Source: Leucoraja ocellata
Taxonomy: Eukaryota
NCBI GenBank assembly: GCA_036785375.1
Contig: JAWMAR010002091.1
Span: 62,001 to 126,000 of the forward strand
Direction of reading: 5' to 3'
Length of the DNA stretch: 64,000 bases
Shown one piece after another: positions 13,081 to 26,400 of this stretch (positions are counted from its first letter, which is position 1; every line of letters begins with the position of its first letter). The notes under the pieces are model-generated. The model saw nothing but the letters and a program-made list of their open reading frames with translations, was not told the DNA's origin and did not search any database. The position numbers and the translations under genes were made by a program.

Positions 13081-14700
13081 AATAGGAGCAGGAGGAGGCC
13101 ATTCAGCCCTTCGAGCCAGCACCGCCATTCATTGTGATCATGGCTGATCATCCCCAATCAATAACCCGTGCCTGCCTTCTCCCCATATCCCTTGACTCCA
13201 CTAGCCCCTAGAGCTCTATCTAATTCTCTCTTAAATCCATCCAGTGACTTGGCCTCCACTGCACCCTGTGGCAGGGAATTCCACAAATTCACAACTCTCT
13301 GGGTGAAAAAGTTTTTTCTCACCTCAGTCTTAAATGACCTCCCGTTTATTGTAAGACTGTGGCCCCTGGTTCTGGACTCGCCCAACATTGGGAACATTTT
13401 TGCTGCATCTAGCTTGTCCAGTCCTTTTATAATTTTATATGTTTCTATAAGAACCCCCTCATCCTTCTAAACTCCAGTGAATACAAGCCTAGTCTTTTCA
13501 ATCTTTCCTCATATGACAGTCCCGCCATCCCAGGGATCAATCTCGTGAACCTACGCTGCACTGCCTCAATCACAAGAATGTCCTTCCTCAAATTAGGAGA
13601 CCAAAACTGTACACAATACTCCAGATGTGGCCTCACCAGAGCCCTATACAACTGCAGAAGAACCTCTTTACTCCTATACTGAAATCCTCTTGTTATGAAG
13701 GGCAACGTTCCATTAGCTTTCTTCACTGCCTGCTGTACCTGTAAGCCAACTTTCAGTGACCGGTGTACAAGGACACCCAGGTCTCGCTGCACCTCCCTCT
13801 TACCTAACCTAACCCCATTGAGATAATAATCTGCCCCCTTGTTTTTGCCGCCAAAGTGGATAACCTCACATTTATCTATATTATAGTGCATCTGCCATGC
13901 ATCTGCCCACTCACTCAACCTGTCCAGGTCACCCTGCAACCTCCTAACATCCACTTCACAGTTCACACTGCCACCCAGCTTTGTGTCATCCGCAAACTTG
14001 CTAGTGTTGCTCCTAATTCCCTCTTCCAAATCATGAATATATATATGGTAAACAGTTGCGGCCCCAGCACCGAGCCTTGCGGCACTCCACTCACCACTGC
14101 CTGCCATTCTGAAAAGGACCCGTTCACTTCTACTATTTGCTTCTGGTCTGCCAACCAATTTTCTATCCATGTCAACACCCTACCCCCAATACCATGTGTT
14201 CTAATTTTGGTCACCAGTCTCCCGTGTGGGACCTTATCAAAGGCTTTCTGAAAGTCTAGATACACTACATCCACTGGCACCCCTTCATCCATTTTACTTG
14301 TCACATCCTCAAAAGATTCCAGAAGATTAGTCAAGCATGATTTCCCTTTCATAAATCCATGTTGACTTGGACTAATCCTTTTACTGCTATCCAAATGCCC
14401 CATTATCACCTCTTTAATAATTGACTCCAGCATCTTTCCCATCATCGGTCAGGCTAACTGGCCTGTAATTCCCCGTTTTCTCTCTCGCTCCTTTCTTGAA
14501 AAGTGGGATTACATTAGCGCTGCGCTACCTCATAACGCTGCACTCTCTGAATAGCAAGAATGTCCTTCCTCAAATTAGGGGACCAAAACTGTACACAATA
14601 ATCCAGGTGTGGTCTGACTAGGGCCCTGTACAACTGCAGAAGGACCTCTTTGTTCCTATACTCAAATCTTCTTGGTAGAAAGGCCATGCAAACCTCTTCC
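13081..14700 (-). mobile_element. CR1/HER1-type LINE RT and 3' end
   Basis: [30 protein letters not shown]; frameshifted. Confidence 0.88.
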
Positions 14701-14829
14701 CTTGAGCTTGGCAGTCTGAATCTAGTGCCATAACTATTCATAACTGTGTTCATACTGAATCAGATTTTGACGGTGTGAGACGCGTATTGGCTTTTGATGG
14801 TATGATACGGGAATTTGCTAGGATAAACT

Positions 14830-15560
14830 GAATTCAGGAAGGTCAGAGGGGGCAGACATACCCCCATCCATATAAACGGGACTGAGGTGGAGCGCGTCTC
14901 CAACTACAAATTCCTCGGGGTACACATCTCGGAGGATCTGTCCTGGTCCCTCAACACCTCCAAGCTGATCAAAAAGGCACAGCAGCGCCTTTACTTCCTG
15001 AGGAGGCTCAAGAAAGCTCACCTGTCCCCCCAGATCCTGACCAACTTTTACCGCTGTACCATCAAAAGCATCCTGACCACCTGCTTCACGGTATGGTACA
15101 GCAGTTGCACCGTAGCGGACAGGAAGGCACTACAACGGGTGGTGAAAACCGCTCAGTATATCATCGGTGCCCCGCTCCCTGCCATGGATGCCCTCCATCG
15201 AAAACGGTGTCTGAGACGGGCCGGGAAGATCATCAAGGACCCCCACACCCTAACCATGGACTGTTTGCCCTCCTCCCTTCAGGGAGGCGGTACAGGAGCC
15301 TCAGGTCTCGTACCAGTACGATGAGGAACAGCTTCTACAATAATACCATCACATTGCTGAACTCGGAGTCCCGCCGATAGATTTCTCCAGTCTCTCCGTC
15401 CACACCGTTCGATTTCGATTATTGTTTGATTATTCTGTATTTTTATTTTTATTTCTATATTGCACTATACTATGGACTGACGCTAAACTGCATTTCGTTG
15501 TACCCATACTCGTATTTGTGCAATGACATTAAAGTTGAATTGAATTGAATTGAATTGAAA
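14830..15560 (+). mobile_element. Rex1/Babar LINE 3' fragment
   Basis: Same RT C-terminal region and (TTGAA)n tail as 12166-12883. Confidence 0.85.
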
Positions 15561-17070
15561 TGATACTTAAAGGCTTGACGATAGATATGCAATGGCAAAC
15601 ATTTAAAGATCCTATGGATGAATTGCACCAATTGTTCACCCGTCAGGTGTAAAAATAAAACAGGGAAGGTGGCTCAGCCGTGGCAAATAATGGAAATTAG
15701 GGAATATTAAATCCAGGCATATAAATTGGCCAGATAAAGCAACAAACTGGGAGAAATTTAAATGTAATATTTAACAGAGGAGGACAAATGGATGAATTAA
15801 GTGAGGGTAAATAGAGCATGAAAGGAAACTTGTGGGGGAAATATTAGTGAAGACAAATATAGGCCCCTTACAGTCAGAAACAGGTTAATTTATACTGGGA
15901 AACAAGAAATTGGCAGACCAGTTACACAAATACTTTGGTTCTGTCTTCACTAAGGAAGACACAAACAATCTTCCAGAAATACAAGGGGACCGAGGATCTA
16001 GTGGGAGGGAGGAAGTGAAGGGAATCCACATGATTCAGGAAATGTTGTTAGGTAAACTGTTGGGACAGAAGACATGTAAATCCCCAGGGCTTGATGGTCT
16101 GCATCCGAAACAACACAAGGAGGTGGCCCTCGAAATCGTGCATGTATTGGTAATCATTTTCCAATGTTCTATAGACATTTGGTTAGTTCCAGTGAACTGG
16201 AGGGTACGTAATGTAACCCCACCTTTTAAGAAAGAGGGGAAAGAGAAAACAGGGAATTATAGACCAGTTAGCCTGACATTGGTAGTGGGTTGTACAGGGC
16301 TCTGGTGAGAACACACCTGAGCATCTGGTGCAATTTTGGTCTCCTAATTTGCGGAAGGACATTCGTGTCAATGAATGAGCACAGCGTAGGTTCACAGGGT
16401 TAATTCCCGGGATTCCCCTATTTTTTATGTATATATGTATGTAGCGCCGCAGAAATTGTGCACCTATCCCCATCCCCCCCCCCCCCCCCCTTCTCCCTTC
16501 TGTTTTTTGTTTTCTGTTTCTTGTTTTTTGTGCTAAATTGTATGTATGCACTGAGTACGAGCAGCTTTCAGTTTCACTGTACACGTATAGTGACAATAAA
16601 TGGCATATCATATCATGTCTGGACAGACATATGATGAAAGAATGGATCGACTGGGCTTAAATGAAGGGATTAAGATGGGTGAGAGGAGATCTTATAGAAA
16701 GATATATAATTCTTAAGGGTTTGGACAGGCTGGATGCAGGAAAAATGTTCCTGATATTGGGGGTTCAGACCTATGGGTCACGGTTTAAGAATAAGGATTA
16801 GGCCATTTAGTACTGAGATGAGGAAAACCTTTTTTTTAGCAAGAGAGTTGTGAATTTGTGGAATTCTCTGCCTCAGAAGGCAGTGGAGGCCAATTCACTG
16901 GATGTTTTCAAGAGAGAGCTAGATATAGCGCTTGGGGCTAATGGAATCAAGGGATATGGGGAGAAAGCAAGAACGGGGTAATGATTTTGGACGATCACAT
17001 TGAATGACGGTTTGTGCTCGATAGGCCAAACGACCTCCGCCTGCACCTATTTTCTATGTTTTTATATTTA
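15560..17070 (+). mobile_element. Degenerate CR1 LINE with internal deletion and a nested Rex1 3'-tail fragment (about 16415-16617)
   Basis: YFGSVFTKED, KSPGLDG, NYRPVSLT; the nested piece matches 22040-22235. Confidence 0.75.
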
Positions 17071-17073
17071 ACT

Positions 17074-17510
17074 AATGTGTTCTAAGTAACCTGCGAACCC
17101 TGGTATACCTGCTTTCTGCACTGTGAGATCAATTAACCTGTTCCTTTCTATATAACTTGCTAGCCTCTGTGCCACTATGCTAAAGAAAATCTTGCCATCT
17201 ACATTTAGGAGACAAACAGCCTAAACTGATTTAACTCTGGAGACTGTTTCTTCTAGGGAATGAACATTCCCCCTGCTCTATGCCAAACCCTTGGTATGAC
17301 CTGCTTCTACCAAACTATTGGACAGAGCCTCTGCGAGAATCTAAGCACATCAGGTGCACTTTTATGTACCCGGTAAGGGACTCCATTTGGTCCCGGTGCA
17401 GAAGAAGCCTTTCCACGCCATATTACTGCTTCCACTTCCTTCCACTTTTGTGGCAAAACATCTAACTCTAACATCTGTCTCCTAAGGTGGTAACTCTGGA
17501 GGGAGACACG
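17074..17510 (-). mobile_element. HERO/R2-group non-LTR retrotransposon RT fragment (degenerate)
   Basis: Manual translation: SAPGPNGVPYRVHK..VWHRAGGMFIP..LLNVDGKIFFSIVAQRLASYIERN..VQKAGIPGFAGYLEH. Confidence 0.7.
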
Positions 17511-18678
17511 GGCCCGATACTGGGGCCCATGACGACTGAGGATTGGCGGGTAGCAAACGTAACCCCACTTTTTAAGAAGGGACGGAGAGAGAAAACGGGG
17601 AATTTCAGACCAGTTAGTTTAACATCGGTAGTGGGGAAACTGCTAGAGTCAGTTATTAAAGATGGGATAGCAGCACATTTGGAAAGTGGTGAAATCATTG
17701 GACAAAGTCAGCATGGATTTACGAAAGGTAAATCATGTCTGACGAATCTTATAGAATTTTTCGAGGATGTAACTAGTAGCGTGGATAGGGGAGAACCAGT
17801 GGATGTGGTGTATCTGGACTTCCAGAAGGCTTTCGACAAGGTCCCACATAAGAGATTAGTATACAAACTTAAAGTACACGGCATTGGGGGTTCAGTATTA
17901 ATGTGGATAGAGAACTGGCTGGCAAACAGGAAGCAAAGAGTAGGAGTAAACGGGTCCTTTTAACAATGGCAGGCAGTGACTAGTGGGGTACCGCAAGGCT
18001 CAGTGCTGGGACCCCAGCTATTTACAATATATATTAATGATCTGGATGAGGGAATTGAAGGCAATATCTCCAAGTTTGCGGATGACACTAAGCTGGGGGG
18101 CAGTGTTAGGTGTGAGGAGGATGCTAGGAGACTGCAAGGTGACTTGGATAGGCTGGGTGAGTGGGCAAATGTTTGGCAGATGCAGTATAATGTGGATAAA
18201 TGTGAGGTTATCCATTTTGGTGGCAAAAACAGGAAAGCAGACTATTATCTAAATGGTGGCCGACTAGGAAAAGGGGAGATGCAGCGAGACCTGGGTGTCA
18301 TGGTACACCAGTCATTGAAAGTAGGCATGCAGGTGCAGCAGGCAGTGAAGAAAGCGAATGGTATGTTAGCTTTCATAGCAAAAGGATTTGAGTATAAGAT
18401 CAGGGAGGCTCTACTGCAGTTGTACAGGGTCTTGTTGAGACCACACCTGGAGTATTGCGTACAGTTTTGGTCTCCAAATCTGAGGAAGGACATTATTGCC
18501 ATAGAGGGAGTGCAGAGAAGGTTCACCAGACTGATTCCTGGGATGTCAGGACTGTCTTATGAAGAAAGACTGGATAGACTTGGTTTATACTCTCTAGAAT
18601 TTAGGAGATTGAGAGGGGATCTTATAGAAACGTACAAAATTCTTAAGGGGTTGGACAGGCTAGATGCAGGAAGATTGC

Positions 18679-21600
18679 AGAAGCGAGGCCGCAGGTCCGG
18701 TGTTTTGCTAAGGCTAAGAAATCGGCCACACAAGCCACCTCTACCGAGCCTGTATCTCTCCAACGCCAGATCCCTGGTTCACAAAATGGATGACCTGGAA
18801 GTACAACTCGCTGGGAATCGATATGTTCGTGACTGCTGTGTTATGATCATCACCGAAACCTGGCTTCACCCGGGGATACCTGATGCTAGCATGCAGCTAG
18901 CAGGACGCTTTCTGCTCCGCGGGGACAGGACTATGGACTCCGGTAAGAGCAGGGGAGGGGGTCTCTGTATATACGTGCATGAGAACTGGTGCAACAACGG
19001 GACAATCATAGCCAATCATTGTTCCCCTGACCTCGAGTACATGTCTGTAAGATGCCGGCCTTTTTTTCTACCGAGAGAACTAACAGTAGTGATTGTCACG
19101 GCTGTGTATATTCCACCTGACGCCAATGTAAACAAGGCGCTCTCTCTCCTGCTGAACACCATTAACGAACAGCAGCGGGACCACCCCGAAGGTGTTCACA
19201 TAATCGCAGGGGACTTTAATAAGGCCAACTTGAAGACTGTACTGCCGAAATTCTACCAACATGTCAAGTGTTCTACTAGAGGGGTGAACACGCTGGATCA
19301 TGTCTACACCAATATCAAGCACGCGTATAGAGCCATCCCCCTCCCCCAACTCGGCCAGTCAGATCATCTCTCCCTCCTGCTCTCTCCAGCCTACACCCCC
19401 CTCAGACGCAGTGCCAGGCCCACCATAAGATCTGTTACAACCTGGCCTGAAAATGCACTCTCCAATCTACAGGACTGCTTTACACAGACAAACTGGGACA
19501 TATTCGAACACCAGGATCTGGAAACTCTCACAGAATCGGTGCTGGACTATATCAAGTTCTGCATCGGAAATGTGACTGTAGACAAAAACATACGGGTTTT
19601 CCCAAACCAGAAACCCTGGATGTCCAGCCCGGTCCGCACACTCCTCAGAGCCCGCGATGCTGCCTTCAGGTCAGGTGACAGAGCTCTGTACAGGGCTGCT
19701 CGAGCCGACCTGAAAAGTGGTATTAAAAAAGCCAAGGTGGACCATAAGAGGAGCATAGAGTCCCACTTGTCCAGCAATAATACACGGGAGTTATGGCGGG
19801 GCATACAAGACATTACCAACTACAGAGGCTGTGCCACAGAGTCAGAAGACCTGAGTGTGCCGCTGGCAGAAAAGCTAAATTGCTTCTTCTCACACTTTGA
19901 AACATCACAACAGCAGCACTCACCTGCTACAGCCCTGTTCCCACCTTCACCTGGCTCCTGTACTACCCCACTCACTGTCAGGGAGCACGATGTCAGACGG
20001 GTGCTCCTGGCAGTGAACCCCAAGAAGGCTACCGGCTCTCCCCCTCTACATTGGGGACCTGGGGTGGAGGGTATTGCACCGAGGAGTTCCCTGCAACCTG
20101 TTTCTCTCGCGGTTCACAGACTCGCCAGCCGCCTGCCACTGTTGCGGGCTGGAAGAGTCTGTGTACCACGTGTACATGGAGTGCGTGAGGCTGCAGCCAC
20201 TGTTTGAATATCTAAAGGGGCTGCTCCTTGCCTTCTGGCTGCATTTTTCACCCACCATCCTCATCTTTGGACACCCTGTGCATAGGGGAGAGGGTAGGGC
20301 TGAAGATGTCCTGGTTGGGTTGCTCCTGGGCCTGGCCAAGCTGGCCATCCGCGAGTCACGGCGCCAGACGGTGGAGGGCTCTACCCGGGCCAGCTGCCTG
20401 CCCCTTTTCCGGGGTTACATCCGTGCCCGGGTGGGGTTAGAAAGGGAATACGCCCTGTCTGTGGGCACCCTGAGGGAGTTCCGGGACCGCTGGGCTCCGC
20501 ATGGTGTTGAATGTATCCTCAATAAGGATTGTATCATAATTGTATAATAGTTTAGTATGGATATATGTTTGTATTGTATTTATGGTGGTGGGTTCTGGCT
20601 TGTTTTATTGTAGTGTAAATATTATTTTTTAATAATTGAATAAATTTTTTGATTAAAAAAAAAAAAGAAGGCTACCGGCCCAGATGGAGTGCCTGGTAAG
20701 GTGCTCAAAGCGTGCGCCCACCAGCTCACTGCCATCTTCACCAGAATTTTCAACCTCTCCCTGGACCAGGCAGTTATTCCGTCCTGCCTAAAATCAGCCA
20801 CAATCGTCCCTGTGCCAAAGAACACTCCCATCACCAGCCTTAATGACTACCGTCCTGTGGCTCTCACTCCGGTAATCACGAAGTGCTTCGAGAGATTGGT
20901 CCTCCAGCACATCAAGGACTATCTACCACCAGACTTTGACCCCCACCAATTCGCCTATCGCCAAAACAGATCCACAGAAGACGCCATTACCGTAGCTCTC
21001 CACTCTGTGCTGAGCCATCTGGAGCAGGGGCAGAGCTACGTCCGGATGCTCTTTGTGGATTATAGTTCAGCCTTTAATACAATCATTCCGGACATTCTCA
21101 TTGGTAAACTGGTCACTCTCGGCCTCCCCACTGTCACATGTGCCTGGATAAAGGATTTCCTCACCAACCGGCCCCAGACTGTGAGACTCGGCCCCCACCT
21201 CTCCTCCACTCGCAGGTTGAGTACTGGTTCCCCACAGGGCTGTGTGCTAAGCCCCCTATTATACTGTCTCTACACCTACGACTGTAGTCCGGCCCACAAC
21301 AACAACCGCATCGTCAAATTTGCTGACGACACTACTGTGGTCGGACTTATTTCAAAGGGAGACGAGGCAGCCTACAGAGAGGAAGTCCTGAAGTTGACAA
21401 CCTGGTGCTCAGAAAACAATCTGGCTCTGAACACCAGGAAAACAAAAGAGCTCATCATCGACTTCAGGAGGCACAGCACCGACTTAGCCCCCCTACACAT
21501 CAACGGCGAGTGTGTGGAGAGGGTCAACACCTTCCGGTTTCTCAGCGTCCATATCGCTGCTGACATCTCCTGGACGGACAACACGACAGCGGTCATCAAG

Positions 21601-22235
21601 AAGGCTCAGCAGCGGCTGCACTTCCTGAGGTCCTCAGGAAGCACAACCTGGACTCTAACCTGCTGCTGACCTTCTACCGCTCGTCCATCGAGAGCCTGCT
21701 GACATACTGCATTACAGCATGGTATGGCAGCTGCACCATGGCAGACAGGGAGAGGCTTCAGAGGGTAACTAGGACAGCGCAGAAGATCATTGGCTGCCCT
21801 CTCCCCTCCCTGATGGACATCTACACCTCCCGCTGCCTTAGCAGGGCAAAGAAGATCATCAAAGACAGCTCCCATCCTGCGTTTGGACTGTTCGACCTGC
21901 TGCCCTCTGGAAGGCGCTATAGGTGCATCAAATCCAGGACAAACAGACTCAGGAATAGTTGCTTTCCGAGAATTATATCTACTATAAATTCAAATTCACA
22001 CATGCACTGACTACACCGCCCAACACGGACTTCCATCTGTATATATGTATATATGAATGTAGCGCCGCAGAAATTGTGCACCTATTCCAACCCCCTTCTC
22101 CCTTCTGTTTTTTGTTTTTCTGTTTCTTGTTTTTTGTGCTAAATTGTATGTATGCACTGAGTACGAGCAGCTTTCAGTTTCACTGTACATGTATAGTGAC
22201 AATAAATGGCATATCATATCATATCATATCATATC
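18679..22235 (+). mobile_element. Rex1/Babar LINE, near-complete EN-RT ORF
   Basis: [48 protein letters not shown]; (CATAT)n tail; TSD ATTGC. Confidence 0.9.
20037..20664 (+). mobile_element. 5'-truncated Tx1/L1-clade LINE 3' end
   Basis: C-terminal zinc finger CHCCGLEESVYHVYMEC; AATAAA plus poly(A); 15-bp TSD AAGAAGGCTACCGGC (20022-20036 and 20665-20679). Confidence 0.88.
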
Positions 22236-23401
22236 ATTGCTCCCGATGTTGGGGAAATCCGGGACAAGGGGTCACAGCTTAAGGATAAGGGGGAAATCCT
22301 TTAAAACCGAGATGAGAAGAACTTTTTTCACACAGAGAGTGGTGAATCTCTGGAACTCTCTGCCACAGAGGGTAGTTGAGGTCAGTTCATTGGCTATATT
22401 TAAGAGGGAGTCAGATGTGGCCCTTGTGGCTAAGGGGATCAGAGGGTATGGAGAGAAGGCAGGTACGGGATACTGAGTTGGATGATCAGCCATGATCATA
22501 TTGAATGGAGGTGCAGGCTCGAAGGGCCGAATGGCTTACTCCTGCACCTAATTTCTATGTTTCTATGTTTCTAGGACAGGCCCACTCAGTATTCAAACAA
22601 CGTAAAGTCCGAAAACACAAGGCCCATTCAGTGTTGGTGTTGCATGATGCCACAGAAAGTAGGCCCAATCTCTATTCAATGTACTCTGGGCCCAATCACT
22701 TTAGTCGCGGTTACCCTGATAGTGCGCTGAATGGGCCAAATGCAATCAGCCGAGAGTAGTCCAGGATACCCAACTAGTGGGATGAGTGGCTTTGTGGCTC
22801 CATGTGGCCTATTCTTATTTTGGGGGCCGATACTAACTCACTCACCCTGCATCAAAGGCCCAATCAATGTCTAAGTGAAAGCGCACCCAAGATGGGTACC
22901 AGGCAAATCGATCTGAACTAATTTACAATCCTTTGGAGTCATGCAATCCCAGCTAATTCCAGAAATGGTGGAACACGAGGAAAAACGAGAGCACATTTAG
23001 AGCAAGGTGCTGGTTCCTTCGATAAACAAATATAGCAAACTAGGTTAGGCTTTTGTAGTTCTGCTTTTATTTGTGATATAACAGAAACATATTACAGATG
23101 TTCTTAAAAGCATAACACAAAGTGGTCAAAACAACTGAATTCCACACTGAGACCAGGTACATTGAACATGTAGCTTGAGAGTCAAAGGTTAGCTCTGAAT
23201 TAAGGACAATTGAGCAAAAAAGGAGTAAATAGATATTTGTTCATATGCGGAATGTGTGCATGCGTTGGATTGTTGGGTATGTATTTACACATGCATTGAC
23301 ATTACATTTATTTACAGGCCTTCGGTTAGGCCGCACTTGCAGTATAGTGTGGAGGTCCAGGTCGTCCCTTCGAGGGAATAATGTGGAGGCTTTGGAGAAG
23401 A

Positions 23402-26400
23402 ACTTAAATCGGGCGCAGGGCTTTATTTCACAGAGGCCCAGGACCGTTGGAGAGCAGTGGAGGAGGGTCAGGGCTTTTACCGAAATCCGTAACGTTCCAC
23501 ACTCCATAGGGAGGGTTCTGGTGGAAGCCGCTGATTGGTGGAAGCAGACTAGAGGAAGCAGCTGATTGCGTGCAACCTCAGGTTAGCATTAATGCTTTCT
23601 GGTTAAAGGTGCAGTGCTTTAGTAAAGGTACAGTGGGTTAAGGGTACAGTGCTTTAGTAAAGGTACAGTGAGCCAAGGGTACAGTGGGCTAAAGGTACAG
23701 TGCTTCTTGTTTATACAATAAAGGTGCAGTTTAAAGGTCACGAGGGAGCAGCTGTTGTGAGTCAGATACCTGCTGATTTCTCCCAGCAGTTTCTATTGTA
23801 TTATACTGGTATCAGATCCAGGGTAAGGCGGGAGAATGGCAGCCAGAGCAGTATACTGTTCTGGATGTCAGATGTGGGAGGTCATGGTGTCGGATGGCCC
23901 TCCAGACATCCACATCTGCACCAGGTGCAGCAAGATGGGGCTCCTAAGGGACCGTATTAGGATACTGAAGCAGCAGCTCGATGACCTCTGTCTGATCAGG
24001 GAGAGTGAGGAGGTCATAGAGGGGAGTTATAGGGAGGTGGTCACTCCGAAACCACGGGAGAGAGACATGTGGGTCACGCTAAGGAAGGGCAAGAGGCAGA
24101 GGCAGGAACGAGTGAGTACTCCAATGTCGGTACACCTCGTAAATAAGTACTCCTGTTTGAGTACGGATGACGGTAACAGCCTACCCGGGGGTAGCGACAG
24201 CGGACGGGCCTCCAGCACAGAGACCGGCCCTGTTGCTCCAAAAGGTAGGGAAAAAAAGAAGAGGGCAATAGTAATTGCGGACTCTATTGTTAGGGGGTCG
24301 GATAGGCGATTCTGTGGACGCAGTCGGGAGACCAGGATGGTGGTCTGCCTCCCTGGTGCCAAGGTCTCGGACGTGTCTCAACGCGTCCAAGATATCCTGA
24401 AATCAGAGGGAGAGGAGCCTGAGGTCGTGGTACATATAGGTATTAATGACATAAGTAAAAAAAGGGAAGAGGTCCTGAAGGGAGGATTTAGGAAGTTGGG
24501 AGGAGAGTTAAGGAAAAGGATCAAAAAGTAAGCAATCTCAGGATTACTGCCTGTGCCACGCGACAGTGAGAGTAGGAATGGAGCGAAGTGGAGGATAAAT
24601 GCGTGGCTGAAAGACTGGTGCAGTGGGCAGGGATTCAGGTTTCTGGATCATTGGGACTTCTTTTGGGGAAGGTGGGACCTGTACAGAAAGGACGGGTTGC
24701 ACTTGAACCCAAGGGGGACCGATATCCTGGCGGGGAAATTTGCAAAGGCTACTGGGGAGACTTTAAACTAGAATGGTTGGGGTGAGGGACTCAAATAGAG
24801 AAAGCTAGTAGACAGAATGGGAGGCAGGAAGCAGAAATGGGAAACACTCGGACACGAGGAGAAAGAAAAAAAGGAAATAAACAGAGAATAAGAGACGGGG
24901 GGTTTCTTAAATGTGCATATTTTAATGCTAGGAGCATTGTAAGAAAGGTGGATGAGCTTAGAGTCTGGATAGACACCTGGAAGTATGATGTTGTGGCGAT
25001 CAGTGAAACATGGTTGCAGGAGGGCTGTGATTGGAAACTAAATATTCCAGGATTTCGTTACTTCAGGTGTACTAGGGGTGTATTATAGACCGCCAAATGG
25101 GGAACGAGAATTGGAAGAGCAAACATGTAAGGAGATAGCAGATATTAGTAGTAAGCACAAGGTAGTGATTGTGGGAGATTTCAATTTTCCACACATAGAC
25201 TGGGAAACACATTCTGTAAATAGGCTGGATGGTTTGGAGTTTGTAAAATGTGTGCAGGATAGTTTTTTGCAGCAATACATAGAGGTACCTACTAGAGGAG
25301 GGGCAGTGCTGGACCTCCTGTTAGGAAATGAGACTGGACAGGTGGCGGAGGTATGCTTTGGGGAGCACTTTGGGTCCAGTGATCACAATACCATTAGTTT
25401 CAATATAATTATGGAGAGGGTCAGAACTGGACCTAGGGTTGAGATTTTTGATTGGAGAAAGACTAACTTTGATGAGATGCGAGATGATTTAAAAGGAGTG
25501 AACTGGGACATTTTGTTTTATGGGAAAGATGTAGAAGAGAAATGGAGGACATTTAAAGGGGAAATCTTAAGAGTACAGAATCTTTATGTTCCTGTTCGGT
25601 TGAAAGGAAACAGTAAAAATTGGAAAGAGCCTGGTTTTCAAGGGAAATTGGACATCTTGTTCAGAAAAAGAGGGAGATCTACAATAATTATAGGCAGCAT
25701 GAAGTAAACGAGGTGCTTGAGGAGTATAAAGAATGTAAAAAGAATCTTAAGAAAGAAATTAGAAAAGCTAAAAGAAGATATGAGGTTGCTTTGGCAAGTA
25801 AGGTGAAAGTAAATCCAAAGGGTTTCTACATCTATATTAATAGCAAAAGGATAAGGAGGGATAAAATTGGTCCATTGGAGAGACAGAGTGGACAGCTATC
25901 TGCAGAGCCAAAAGAGATGGGGGAGATATTGAACAATTATTTTTCTTCGGTATTCACCAAGGAGAAGGATATTGAATTATGTGAGGTAAGGGAAACTAGT
26001 AGAGTAGCTATGGATACTATGAGGTTCAAAGTAAAAGAAGTACTGACACTTTTGAAAAATATAAAAGTGGATAAGTCTCCAGGTCCTGACAGGATATTCC
26101 CTAGGACATTGAGGGAAGTTAGTGTAGAAATAGCCGGGGCTATGACAGAAATATTTCAAATGTCATTAGAAACGGGAATAGTCCCCGAGGATTGGCGTAC
26201 TGCGCATGTTGTTCCATTGTTTAAAAAGGGTTCTAAGAGTAAACCTAGCAATTATAGATCTGTTAGTTTGACTTCAGTGGTGGGCAAATTAATGGAAAAG
26301 GTACTTAGAGATAATATATGTAAGCATCTGGATAAACAGGGTCTGATTAGGAACAGTCAACATGGATTTGTGCCTGGAAGGTCATGTTTGACTAATCTTC

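Larger units (their letters stand above)
17535..22570 (+). mobile_element. CR1/HER1 LINE (17535-18678 plus 22236-22570) split by a Rex1 insertion
   Basis: RT motifs; sequence resumes (AGGAAGATTGC|TCCCGATGTTGGGG) across the insertion; (TTTCTATG)n tail. Confidence 0.9.

Noticed and set aside
11092-13157. Long Cys/Val/Met-rich ORFs
   Set aside because: Translations of the 8-bp satellite
17976-20207. 743-aa ORF as a host gene
   Set aside because: Explained by nested LINE junctions with TSDs; non-ATG start
22575-22865. Cluster of GGCCCA motifs
   Set aside because: No regular period or identifiable element; cannot be interpreted from sequence alone
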